DNA of 64,000 nucleotides from Raillietiella orientalis (GCA_036172245.1 JAYWIR010000001.1:9300001-9364000), one strand, 5' to 3'; shown: positions 1 through 12,800, counted from the first letter of the stretch. Numbers and translations are program-made. The notes: a model not told the origin generated them from the sequence alone.

Positions 1-292
1 AGGCTTCGGGTGCGCCACCGGTGGAAGCCGTTGACAGGCCGGGATTGGAAGACCTTCCGGGGTCCTTCCAGGAATCGAGAGACCGATTGGGGTTCACCAC
101 CAGCCGTGAAAGTAGAGCCGTATCCATGGGGCTGGTTGATACTCTCCTAGGGGGGTTGCCTCTCCAGAGTGCCGGAAACGCGCTGCTCTCTTCGGGGTTC
201 TTTCCCACGCGTAAGAGAAACGGACTCCTTCCTCTGGAGCCTTCCTAGATTCACAGGTGGTCCCCTCCCGAAGCACCCCCTAACTTGCAAAG
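1..292 (+). repeat. Family C dispersed repeat, 3' part (cut by window edge)
   Basis: Shares blocks (gtccttccaggaatc; ccatgg.gctggttgat; ttgcctctccagagtg; acggactcctt; cccgaagc.ccccct) with copies at about 13.7-14.5, 41.3-41.9 and 45.6-46.0 kb. Confidence 0.8.
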
Positions 293-690
293 TTACACAC
301 CCCCTCGGGACACATGACCGCCTCTTCTGCAATCCCCTTTCTTGTGCTGCCTTCCAAACACTGGTGTTCTCTTTAATTCACTACTCACTGAATTGTGTTC
401 CGCGCCAAGCAAACGGAATACCAAGGTTTAGGAGGAACCAACGCGTTCACGCCGGGGTCAAACTTCATAGTGTCGCGGTGGGGCGGCTCAGTTATTTATT
501 GGTTTTCCTCATCCTCGGATGGGGCCGATTTGGATAAAAAATCACATGATGTTATGCGGCTCACCTATTTATTCTTTTTTGTTAATGTAAGATGATCAAA
601 ACAAAAGCATTCCTTGTCGTTTTTGTTCATTTATAGACTTTTTACTGATTTTATTTAAAAAAAAAGATCGGTAACACGTTCACGACGGGT

Positions 691-750
691 TGTACCACTG
701 GTGGTACATACCGTCTTATGAGATACCATTCATGCACCACTGGTGGTACA
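691..750. repeat. Two 18-bp palindromes in direct repeat, 42 bp period
   Basis: tgtaccactggtggtaca (691-708, 8-bp arms) and tgcaccactggtggtaca (733-750). Confidence 0.85.
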
Positions 751-1549
751 TCCCATCCAATTTCACTCGGATTGCTGTTTCTTCCCGTTTTGCTCTGTTC
801 TGTGTTTTTTTGGATTGTCACTCCATAAATGCTACGAGGGACATAAAAGTAGGACTGAATACGAAATCAGGGACTGGTGATGAGATGTTCCTACCACCAC
901 CACCACCACCAAGTTGCAATCGCACTGCGCGCGTCCGTTGCTTTCGAATTCGCGCAGAATTCATTCTCGGAAACAAACAGATTTGCAGATGATGGAGTTT
1001 CCGTCCGAGCAAACCAACTGGAGGAAGTCAATCCAGTGCTCAAAGCAGGATCAAACGTTCAGGAACCACTGGATCAAGCATGTGGGAAACAACGTCGTTT
1101 GCTCGTAGCGATTTCAAGTCTTCAGTGCTTCAAAGTCCCATGCAAGGGTCCTCTGCGTGCATCATAGCCCTTGAAAGTGAAATCGACTTCACCCCATGAA
1201 ATAGGACCTGCAAGATGCTAGTGGAACGAACAAGTCATGCTTTTTGTCGATTTGTTTTGCCAAGATTCATTGGCTTGGTTAACTGGCTGGGGTACAATCT
1301 CAACCAATTAACAGAATGTTCGTCCCACTCCTTCCCCCCGTGTTACACTCGTCTCATTTTCAGCAACGCTCAGAATCCCCCAAGACATGCTGGAGCACAA
1401 ATTGCTGAAAATGAATGCGGAAACAGTCCCCAAAAGAATGATAACAAATACAAAACGAACTATTCGATCTGCGAAAATGAATGCACTGCTGATGATCATT
1501 AAAGCGATGATGAACGCGTAGTCAAGCTCTAATGCGTCGTTCCTTGCAG

Positions 1550-1771
1550 GTGGAGAGGACCGAGGTCAATGGAATCGTAGTCTTGGTCTCCAGAGAATGC
1601 AGCGACGTGTGCTATTTTGGCTGCCGAAATCAAGGATTCGGAATCAAGACAGAACGCTGCACCTTGTGTTGTAATGAGACGCTCTGCAATGGAGTTTATC
1701 CTGCTTCCCGTGTTTCTGCAAATAATCCGAACACGCTAATCCTACTGGCAATTTTCCTAAGTCTGTATTAA
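1550..1771 (+). CDS. Terminal exon of a Ly6/uPAR three-finger (quiver/sleepless-like) protein, probably GPI-anchored; upstream exons not located
   Basis: Acceptor ccttgcag at 1549. Peptide VSRECSDVCYFGC...CTLCCNETLCN has the LU-domain C-terminal CCxxxxCN signature, followed by a hydrophobic tail (LILLAIFLSLY*). AATAAA at about 1798. Confidence 0.8.
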   Translation: MERTEVNGIVVLVSRECSDVCYFGCRNQGFGIKTERCTLCCNETLCNGVYPASRVSANNPNTLILLAIFLSLY

Positions 1772-2779
1772 ATCGGTTTCAAACGATTCTTACGATGAAT
1801 AAAAGATTGAGAGAGGGGGAGGAAAAATCGAAGAGTCATTTTCGGTACTACTACTCTTTCTACAAAAGTGTCGACCCATGAACAAATCATCTAAGATTTT
1901 TAGAAATACAAGCTTAATGGGGAACCGATTGACTCATCTATATGAAGGTGGGAAGGAAGAACTGGGGAAAAAACAAACAAACTCAGGTTTGCATTTAGGT
2001 GAACTGATGAAATGAGGCATCTGAAGAATTCGTCTCCCGTGAGTATCCAGCAATCGAGCATCTGTTCCAAGACGCTCACGCAAGATGAGGGTAAATGTGT
2101 GATGTAAGCAAAATTGGCTCAAAATTCTGTTGCAGATTAAGATGATGATGAAGAGTCTGCATTTTCGCGTACTCAGTTCAACTGAAATCGGTTTGTTTCT
2201 TGCATGAGAGCGACTCTGTACCGATTTGCTCGTACCAAACTGAAGATCGCATCCACCGTGCAAGTTCCCATAGCTGACGGCTGCGTCTTCAACTCGGGGT
2301 CGCATTAGGGATGTCGTTGGGGATCAGTTTGCAAGAACTGATGTTCTTGGAATCCAAACAGCAATGCCATTTTTGCATCTGCTGTAGCTGGAAAAGATCG
2401 AAACAAACGTATGATGAACAGAAGTGGATGCACGATCACATGTGTTTGAGAGGGCTCAAAGGTCGAGACCATAATGAACAGTAGAATAGCTTACTTAGAA
2501 GGATTTCAACAGTTGCCTAAAAACTGTTTCATTCTCTGTGCGAGGGAATCTTGCTATAGGATCAGTGTAAGTTTCATAAAACAAAAAGGGGTCATTATAA
2601 TCGTAGAGGAGAAGGAAAGGCAGAGTTACGTCCACAAGCTTTTCAACGAATTTTTTGATGAACACAGCTAGATAAACATACGAAATCTTAATCTGAAATT
2701 CATCCCGGGGAACTAAAAGGTAAATAAAAAAGTCCTGGTTTTCTTTCCATGAGAAGGAAAGCGCAAGAGTCTGGAGTAA

Positions 2780-5700
2780 CCACGAAATGCGTTCTCTTTG
2801 CCCATGTACTGATCAAGTTAGGAAAACGTTCATTTGGCGGAAGAAGACACGGCCTTCGGGAGCACACCAACGAATAACCCACTGCGCGCATTTTGACCTC
2901 AGCAAACTGAAAGCACAAATATGGACTCGCGCGTTCATGGGAGAGCTCGCAACTCGATCTGACTGCTTGGATGGGACTGCAAGAATCGCTGCTAGCGCCA
3001 GCTGTTTTGGGGGAGCGGTTCGGCTGGCTGGTGCAGCAGATCCCGTCTCTGGGGGAACACCAACCGGATCAGCAGGATCTTGCCGACACTGGACTTCGAC
3101 GTGAAATTGAGCTGCGAGAAATCTCACATGACGGACTGAATACCATGATTTCGTTCTTTGAAGGTCAGTTGATCACCGAAGATGGCTCTCGGCTGGCGCA
3201 AGACCACATGCATGAGTTCAAACTCGGCTAAATTCCGTATTTTTAGTCGAAAAATTCTGTTTCTCACCCGGGTGCGCCAGGGCGTTTATTACTAAACTAT
3301 CCGGGAACGGAGTTCCGAACACAGAAAAACGAAGGGGGGGATACCCGACACGCAGGTCGGTAAACCGAAAGTCCGGAACGGGAGGGAGGAGACCACAAAT
3401 ATACATATAAAAAATAGAAATAAAGATATGGGGAGGGGAGGGGACAGGGGTCTTTGGTTTGGCCGTTCCTTTCTTTCAGAACCGGCTATGGATGCCGGTG
3501 ATCTCGCTCCTAACGTCCTCTGGAAGATGGGCCCACTTGGCAGCCGACGCCATGTTCACGCCGGCTATTCCGGTGGGCTGACGACAAATCGCCAGCTTCT
3601 TCAGCTCTCGGTGGGCCTTGTCGATGGCGCGGATGCAACAGCCCGTTGCGATGACAGCACCTAAGGACAGGCCTCCTGGCGTGAAGAAGCGGCGCATCAA
3701 GTCTCTTGCGGTGTCCCCCTGGTGCAGGAGAGCTGAGGCCAGCCTCCGCCACAGTCCTTCGAGGGCACCGCAGTCCAAGAGCAGGTGAGGGAGCTTTTCC
3801 ACTTCCCCGCACCGCTTACAGTTCGGGGAGACAACTCCCCCGGAAACACGGTTCGTCCGCTGGTTGGAGTGAAAACCCCAATGCACCAGCATGGTGACGT
3901 CCTATTTCCAAGTTAAAGGGAACACGGAAGTGTTTAAACAGGAGGGAGGAACCACAAGTTCTTCGGGGGGCACACTCAATAGTTCGCTCCACCCTTCGCA
4001 ACGTTGCGAGGCGTGGCGGCGTAAAATTCTGTTTATCCAAATCAAGTTAACAACTTTGCTTTTTTGTCTTTTCTTCTTCTCCTTTTCTTAAGTGTTGTCA
4101 TAACTACGGAGTGGCACGAGGACCACAGCATTCTGTGACACACACACAGCCAGCGAAACGGAACCACCGTCCTTCCGTCGAAGCTTTGCGAATCCGAATG
4201 GGCGGACAGCAACTGCTTTGAGGGTTCAGATGTGCAAACGGTTGATGAACAAAGGAACAATTCATTCCATCGTTTCTTTTTTTTTTATATTCAACCTACC
4301 TCTTCATGTGCTCATGTGCTTACTGGGCATTTCGATGTCGGATTCTCTTTTCCTGGCTTCAATTTACTTGCATTGCATCAACCGAATGCAGGCAAGTCCT
4401 TTCCTTTTCGCTATTTTTCGTGCTTCCGTGTGATTGCTGAGACCATTACAGTATAGGCAAGCAAGTCTCCCTTGATGAAATCTCTGCATCTTCCCAGGAG
4501 ACACTTTCAGCCTCGACGAAAAGAGGTGATGTAAACGTCGCAGCAGGTTCCTTTGAGCAGTTTGGTGCAAGCCTTGCACATGTGTGACACCCAGCTAGCT
4601 GCTTTCCCAACCTACGACTTACACGACCAAATCATTCCCAGTTCCTATCCAGAACCACACAATCAACACTTTTTGCTGCTGAGGGTCCTTCTCTGCCGAG
4701 TTCTTTACAGTACTGGTGCTATGAAGATCCTCAGCGATGATGCCAACTGCCGTGGTAGCACTTTTAGCGGGTGAGCATCCGGTCTGTTTCGTGCCTGAAG
4801 TGCTTCTAGCTGACTCGAGGTCACCATGAAATGCACGTTTTCTAGCTTGCTGTACTCATCCGAGAAATTTCGAATGGGCACACATGCTGTTGGCGTGATT
4901 GTGGCGTAATGTGCGTATCTAATGCTTGCTGTCTAGAACTGCATGCGTATATAATACGCATGCAGTCCGCCAAGACCAAGGATGAATTCATCGAGAGGAC
5001 CAGGGGATCCTCAACACCGAACAGAGAACACGATGATGATTCCGTGTTTTTGAATTCTCAACTTCCGTACGAGAAAGAAGAGGAGGCGTTTCGTTCGTTT
5101 CGCTTCCCAGTCGCTTGCGTTTCAGTCGAGGCGCGGACATTCGTGGGGAGAACAGTGAGGATCCGATGTGGGGGGTCCAGCCACTCTGCGTATTTTTGCC
5201 TTTCCTTCCTGGAAACGGTAATGCAAGAAGGAATGGGAGGCGGGAACCATTTTCGTTTCTTCCGTATCCTTGCTCCCAAGCCCGGAGGAGGGCGTGCAGC
5301 ATGTTGCTGCTCTTTGGTACGCAGCGTGCTGCTGCATAGGAAACAAGATCTGCAAAAGAAGAACGACTTGGCAGAGACGCAGCAGGTTTTCTGGGCGGAG
5401 TCACAGAACAGCGGCATCGGTGAATTGGGAGGAATCTTTCAATCGGCACTTTGGAATTGTACGGGGTACGGAACTCGATGCACTTGTGGGTCCTTCATCG
5501 TTCAGGTAGGGAAAATCCCCAAGAGAAAGAGAATTGTAATTTCATCATCATGCATCATTCGGACCGTCCTGAAAGTGAATGTGTCATCATCAGTACCTTG
5601 TGAGTCAGAGACCAGAGAATGCGACTGTCAGAAAAAGATGCAAAAGGTGCCGAAGTTGACATGTGCCGTGGCCTCCCAACTAAGAAGATTGGAAACTTTC

Positions 5701-7063
5701 CCATGTATTCACATCTGTCTTGCAATGCGGTGAAATCTTTGCTCGAGTTGTCGCTTGACGATAGGATGAATAACTAGGGTAGCAGTCTTTGGTGAATTGC
5801 TGCTCGTGGATGTGAGAGCTCGGAAGTACTCTTCTGATGGTGCAATCTCAAAAGTCATAGTTTATGGTATTTTTTACTGTCAGTGGTTTCATGTATTATC
5901 CATGAAACAAAACAAAGTGATGTGTTATGAGATGTAATGACTTAAACTTGAAACTACGGAGCTAAGAAACAAACAGGGGGGTCCTTCGTATTTTTTCTTT
6001 CCTTCCTTTCTGAGTGGCATCAGATCTAACATTTGCAACAGGATGAGAAATGACATGCAGTTCATAATAAAGCCTCTCTGTAATCTCTTCTCCGGATTAC
6101 TGAAATAAGGTGCAATTTCCTGCATTCAAGCAGTTTGCAAAGGACATTTCTTCCATTAAGTTGGCTGTTATTTTGCAACGCATGCGCATAGTACGCACAA
6201 TTGTCAAATACTTAAGGAACTGTAAAGTGGAAACTGTTGCCTGAGATTATAAAATAGAAAATAAATCACTTTTAGTAGTCACATTTTGCGATGGATGTTG
6301 CCTTGCGGAAATTCCCATGCTTTCAATGCTAAGCTTGAACACATTTTATCAAGTTGTTTCTAATAAGAACCCTTAATATCTCGGACTTCAGCGTGAGTTA
6401 ATTTGTTTACGTGTTTTCGGCGTATTTATCAACATCAAGGGCAATATTTTCAAAGTGATTTCCATAACTTCCACGTGAAGAGTCCCGGAATAAAATCAGG
6501 CACTGGCCTCCAGAGAGGAATGCAAGAGGAAGGTGAGGAAGATTCCGAGAGGTGCAAAATTTGTGCCGTTCTTTCGATGCCCGAATCGATAAAAGTTCAC
6601 AGAGAAGAGGGACAAAACCCGAGGTGTAACACAGCATATCTACGCACCTCATTTGATGGCACAAGAGTTTTGTACACTGTCACGCAGAGCTTCAAATCGC
6701 ATTAAAAGCCTGAAGAACCAAAAAAAAAATAGCACAACGAAAGTCACTACATGGGCTTGTTGAAAATGAAAGTAATGACACATAATCTTTCAAAGCCTAA
6801 AGAACAGCTGCCAGAAAATGCAAAGGTGAATTGAAGGAAATGGGAGTGACCGAATGACCAAAGTCATCCGATTGCAAAAAAAAAAACACACACAAACACG
6901 CACGCAGTGCAGCCTCATGTCCATGGATGACTCTTCGCACAGAGTGGAAGAGCTTTCGTGCGGTTGGGGACATTAATAGTCCCGAGGTGGAGTGTGCCAA
7001 AAGTCCAGGAATGCAATGAAGTCGACAGGCAACTCGGAGGAAACAGAGGGACGGATCTTCCAT
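2780..7063 (-). CDS. Probable multi-exon gene of unknown function; boundaries uncertain
   Basis: Several ag/gt-bounded open segments on the minus strand (e.g. EFELMHVVLRQPRAIFGDQLTFKERNH near 3143-3228; KERQKYAEWLDPPHRILTVLPTN near 5140-5208). No family recognised. Confidence 0.3.
3263..4022 (-). mobile_element. Tx1/L1-like LINE family A, 5'-truncated copy with perfect 12-bp TSD
   Basis: Encodes the ORF2 C-terminal CCHC domain (CKRCGEVEKLPHLLLDC). TSD aaaattctgttt at 3251-3262 and 4023-4034. Ends in AATAAA+hairpin. Confidence 0.9.
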
Positions 7064-7556
7064 GGTAGGACGATCACTGCTTCTCGCCCGCGATTCGGGG
7101 GTGCAGAGGCAGCCGCCGTGTCCGCGTTCCTCAGGGGTGAGGGGAACGATGGTGGCGGCAGCTGCGTTGCTGACGCTGAAACTCCAAACCAACAAAAGTC
7201 ATGGGTATGTGGAACGACGCACTTCTGTGTGGAATGATGTACTCGTCAGGGAGTTTGCAAAATGTTTATTGCATAATCTTGAACAAGACAACGTTTCAAT
7301 TTACTTTATTGCAAATGAAATCGGCTCTTTTGTTTTGGTGAAAACAAAGGATAAACGACAAACATCAGTGGCAGTCGAGTGAAACGGTTGAATTTTTTAT
7401 CATTGGCAATCAACTGCGAACAGTAACGAGAATGGTTTCATTCAAATTCAGCCTCAACTTTTTCGAGTACCTAACCACTTTACTGTGAAAGGGCAAGAAG
7501 AAAACCAAATCTTCGTGGAGGAAAAGATATTTGAAAACAAACGGTGCTTTTTTCCT

Positions 7557-10500
7557 TTAAATGACGCCTGTTATGAGAAGGATTAGGATAACTAATATCA
7601 GTGTTCCAAGCACACCCATTATGGTCCATACTTTCACATGTTTCCACTTGGCGTGTCTTTTGACTCTTTTGCTTTTATCCTGAAAGTCTGTTGCCTGGAA
7701 GAATAGCAACGGTGATTTTACAACCCCCATGACTCCATTACGGATCAAGTACTTTAGTCGTTTCAAATTTCCCCAATCAATTCTTATTCTATTCTGATCT
7801 AACTGCTTGTCCAGAATGCCGAATTGGAAACTCAGTGGATCGAACACACTTGCGAACGAATTTGCGCAATTCGGCTCCGCGGCTGCGAAATTCCCTTTTT
7901 TTTGATACCAGGATTTTTGCAAAGTGGGTGGGTTGGATAGGGAACGTCCCTGACCGTCACTTGACGTGATAATTGCACACAAAGCTGAAGTGATTCAGTT
8001 TGCATACAAAAAAAAAAAAAAAAACTGATGCAATTTTTTTCTCCCCCCTCCCCTCATTTCATTCATAAATTCATACATGTCCATTCATTTCGTGTAGCGT
8101 TTGAATCTTTTCGTAGGGCTCTGTGTGTTTCCGTACCAACTGCCACGCTCCATGCATTGAGCCGGATGCACGTGAAATAAACAACGTACTCTTTCCAAAT
8201 GAGTGAACTTTGAAACTTTGGATGAAGTTTCGAATATCAGCTCGTTTACTCTGTTTACTCGTAGACGAGGTGCATATCCGTACCTCTCAGTAGCGAGGAG
8301 TGTCATTTGATCGACGTCTTTGAGCGTCATCAGCAGGTGCACCTGTGCAACTCGAGGAAGAACGCACTCTGAAGTGGGAAGCAAAAGCGAACGGATTGCA
8401 CGCAGAGGCGAATTCTCTTTATTGTCAAGCATCGGAGGTCCCTCCCTGCTCCTGTAGCAGTGCTGCACGAGGTCGCCGGAGACGCCGCCCTTATCCAACG
8501 GAATTCACGGAAGAAGCATGCTTAAGACAACGGATTCTTCGTGGAGGTTGTGATGGCCTCAGTTTTTCGGAAATCCGTGTGGGAACTTGACGAGGGGGTC
8601 CCGTGGAAGAAGTTGATTTTCCAAAGGGAAGTCTCTATTTCGTCAGAGCTGGATGCGGAGGTGCAACCATTTAGAAATCTTTGAATTGTGCACGCAATCA
8701 CGTTCTGATTCCCAGTTTTCCACTTGGAGGACGTACAACATATGGCAAATTAATCGCACTGTCATGGGAAGGATGCCATTCGGTTTCAGGAAAATTTTCA
8801 ACAGGGAACCAAGTTTTTTTGCAAGCAATAAGAACATTCTAGGTCTTCCTCAGGGTACCGACATGGAGCGTCCGTGGGTTTCGCATGAAAATGCGTTCCC
8901 ACGTGCTAAAGCACCCTTTTTTTGAGGGGGTGGGGGTTTTTGTTTCTTATCTTTTTTCTTTTTCATCTTATTCTTTCATATACCTCTCTCAGTTATTGGT
9001 TAGCACCTTTCTGCCGTAGCTAACATCCTCCTTTCTTAGTTCTTTCTAGCAAATGGTTTACTCAGTTGTCTGCAATTTTTCATTTTTCGGTTTAATGGAT
9101 AAATAAGCGAGGACCCCTTCGTCATCCTCTGTGCGGCTGGTTCGAAATGGACGACGCTGCGAGCAAAGCGCGCGCGCGCGCGCGCCGTCAACAATGGCGC
9201 ATGGATGGGGGCGGGGGCGGGGGGGAGAGCCACCGCTGCCGACGTCCGCGTGACGAAAGCCGACACGGACATTTTGAAATTTTCCCCATCTTTCGCCAGG
9301 GACCGAGGGCTGCGGCATCGTGGATTTCACAGGAAAGGCTCGTGGGAACCTTTCACAGTGCTTTCCAAGTGGGTTGGAGCGGGCATGGCTGAATTTTTCT
9401 CTACCACCTCCTACTGGGGTCAGCAGCGAAAAGCATCAGTGACACTTGGCGTTCGAATGCCAAGGGACCACGGAATTCCATTCCGGCCTTCCTGGATCCG
9501 AAATCGACGAGGACTGTTTCCCATCCTTCTAGGAAGCACCGGTTCTTCTCCCTCCAAGATCCTTCGAGAAAACGCGCTCCTCTTCCGCAGGCCAACCCAC
9601 GCTTTTCTGAGACTCGCATTAGGAAGGGCAACCTCGTTGGTGCAGCCAACGGATGTGTACTGTGCAGCAAGGAATTTCGGTGGAAGTCCACAAGTTGTCT
9701 TTGTGTTTGAGAGAAAGGAGGGAGGAAAGGAAGAGATTTGCTTGTGACGAGAGATGCGAACCAAAAAAAAAAAAAGTGAAAGGTCGACTTTTTTTTACGG
9801 TGCACTTCGAGCAAACCAACAAAACCGAGAACAAATATGAACCACAAGTACATAAAACCGTACACAGCATGCGGATTCTTGAGAGTGACACACAGATTGC
9901 CTTTGGATAAAAAAAGCCTCTGGGAAAAAGCACTGATAAGAACAAAATATCCGAGAAGAGGGTGAATTCATGAGAATCAACACTGAACCAAAATCAAAAG
10001 CAAGCTCCGATTTCCATAAAAAGAAAAGGAAACAGACGGAGGCCGCATTTGGGGCAGATTTCATGTTGGATTACTTCAAAGGAACTGTAGGACCACTGGG
10101 TGATGCCCACCCCCCAAATGCACAAATTTTACATGAGTGGTAAAGGCCTACTCGAGAGCACCAAAGGCAAGAAGAATCCAGTAAGCTGAACAGGTTTTCA
10201 TTTTCTCATGCTTTACTTATTTATTCTTTTTTGAATCATCACTTCATTTTGCATGTTTTTTTTTTTTTTCTCTTTTTTTTTTTTTTTGTGTGTGTGTGTG
10301 TTTTGTATTGTTGTATTTTGCCCATGAATTTGCATGTAGAGTATTTTGAAGGATAGAGTACGCCATTTTCCTTAGATCTATAGAAACTGCTTACTTTGGT
10401 CATGTAGCTATACACTTAGATTATTAGGATTTCATACCGATTTAGCAATTCGCTGACTGGATAGGGAACCACCACGTGTCACGAGTTTGGGAGTTTTTGG

Positions 10501-12156
10501 GAGACCTTCTCAAACAGCCACGGCATCAAATTCCGAACTCGGACGAAACTTTTTTCTCTTTCGGTCCGGAAATCTGTCGGACGACGGACAGGCCGAGAAT
10601 TCCGCCCTACAAAGTTCAAGCGGGTTGGGCGCGCGCACAGATCGTCCGCGTCGGCAGCGGTCGGCCATGGCAACGGCAGCGAGCGTCTCGGCAGCGAGCT
10701 TCCCGGCCAACGGAACGCTTTCGTTACGTTACTTACTGTGTCCTGTAGGCTTTCTGCCTTCACGAGCAAATCGTCCAATTTTTCGTCGCGCTGCAGGAGC
10801 TTCTCAACATTGTCCTTCATGATGTTCTTGATGTCGTCCACTTTCAGCTGCAGCTCCCTCATGCGCGCTCCTTCGCGGTCCTGCTTGTTCTAGGGGGCCG
10901 CCCGGTGGAACAATCTTTTTCGTTACCAAGGAGACTACGAACCATCAGAGTAATCATGTCGTTGAGAAATTCCCTGTTCATGTGGTAAGTGAGTGGCGAC
11001 CTCACCGTGGCGCACCCCAAAGGACTCGATTTGAATCTGTTTTCCAATTCTTTAAGGAAAGAGAAACACAACTGTGGACGGTGTCTGCTGTCGGCAGCAC
11101 ATCCGTAAATAAAGTCTTTGCTGGACACCAAGTGGAAAGCATGAAGACTTCTGGCAGGGGAGGGGAAAACAAAAATGAAATGAGCCTCGGAACAACGGGA
11201 AAGTCTTTTGGAGGTTTTTTGCTGCCTATGAGAGCTCGGCGATTGGGAGTTTTGTGCCGGCAACCAGTGGGGCTTTCGTAAAAGAATGGGAAACCATTCG
11301 GACGGAAAGAGGCTCTTCCGCGAAGAGCAGCTGACTCGACGGGTCCGCCGATTCACTTCTCTGAACAAGAGCAGAGCAAGCTTTCGACGACCTAGGAATT
11401 ACTATGGTCCACAAAGAATACCTTGAGGAACTTGGTTTATGCAAGGTACTTGCGAATCGGAAGGAGGAAAATCTGCAGATCGCACGATCTCATGCGTCGC
11501 TGCAACATCAGGGATGAACGGTGACGATGGTACTATTTTCTCATCTCAGAATCACAGATAGCAAATGTTACCCTGCACGCCCGAGTGAGATCACGGATAT
11601 GGTTTCCATCGTTTTTTTTTTTTTTGTTTCTTTCGATTGGGAAATCTCAGGCAAATGCGAGCATTCCATAACTTGTCGGAAAAGCTTTTCAGAACCGAAT
11701 GGGAAATGGCGAGAAGCAGCGAGACGGACGAGCCGGAGGAATGCAGCCGCATTCATGGAACCAAAGACTTCTAAATCTAACGGATGACTGGATGACCGGC
11801 CACTGTGACGAGGTCAAGTTATACCTATTTCTAATGAGCACGGAGGCGATCGTCCAGGGAATCGCTGAAGACGCGGTCGGGGAGAAGGAGAAGACAGGAA
11901 GACGGTAAATTTTCAGCCGAGTAGCGGCAGCGAGAGGTGGGAATTTATTTCGCGGCGCCGTTCGAGCACCCGACGTGCACTTCTATTATTCTTATCATTA
12001 TTATCATTACCTTTCCACGTAAACAGTGTTCTCTTTTTTGTGAGGTAAGACTTTTCTCAAGACCTCATATATGAGTTCGTCAAACTGGCCATCGACGGAT
12101 TGATAGCTAACAAGAATAACTTCACAGCGCATTATGCAAGCGTAAACGATACTCAT
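7557..12156 (-). CDS. VAMP7: Longin-domain R-SNARE, VAMP7-like; exons 12156-12011, 11150-10943, 10889-10737, 7694-7557 (214 aa)
   Basis: All introns are GT-AG and phases join (146+208+153+138=645 nt). N-terminal longin domain (MSIVYACIMRCEVIL...CFSFLKELENRF...MNREF), synaptobrevin motif with zero-layer Arg (NVEKLLQRDEKLDDL) and C-terminal transmembrane helix. Confidence 0.93.
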
Positions 12157-12711
12157 TTTCTCCATGCAATATAGTAGCATGAATGGATGTTTGCTGATTA
12201 TTATGAGGGATTGTTGCGAAGCCATTGTTGGGAAACTATGGAAGCCCACTGAAGCCCGGGGTGGCCACTTTCGTAGAGCCACGCAAGACTGCCCGCCCCC
12301 GGGCGGTTCAGCGGATGATGACTTGCCCGGGGCGGGGGGCGGAAGAACGGCACGCGATGGACGCGGAGGTAAACGGAGGGAGGCTGCTTCTCCTTTTCTT
12401 TTTTCCTTTTCTGGAGAAATTTTTTTTCCTAGCCGGAGGGGCAGCACGCAGCCCTCGTGCTGAGAGCCCCCGCACGAGAATGGAGGCAGCCCGCGTATTC
12501 CTTGACAAAGTTTCCGTTGGCACCTCCAAAACCCGAAAGGATGTTTCCATCGTTTACGTTCTGGAGAGGCCATCCTCGCGTTCGCAAGACTTTCTCCCGC
12601 TTTCGTTGAAATCGCAGCGCTGGACGTGCCCTCGGAGATGAGCTGCTATTGGGAACGGTGCGTTCATAGTGCTCATCTCAAGAATGAAATCCATCTACTG
12701 GCACGGGAAGG

Positions 12712-12800
12712 GAGGAGGGTTGCCTCTCCAGAGTGTCAGAAGAGCGCTGCTGCACCCTTCGGGGAGAGCCCTTTAGAGAAACTGGGAAGTGTCCCTCTAA
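12712..12800 (+). repeat. Family C internal fragment
   Basis: ttgcctctccagagtgtcagaagagcgctgctgcacccttcgggg is nearly identical to 14114-14160. Confidence 0.8.

Noticed and set aside
4909..5733. 274-aa plus-strand ORF
   Set aside because: No recognisable motif, and splice signals favour minus-strand exons.
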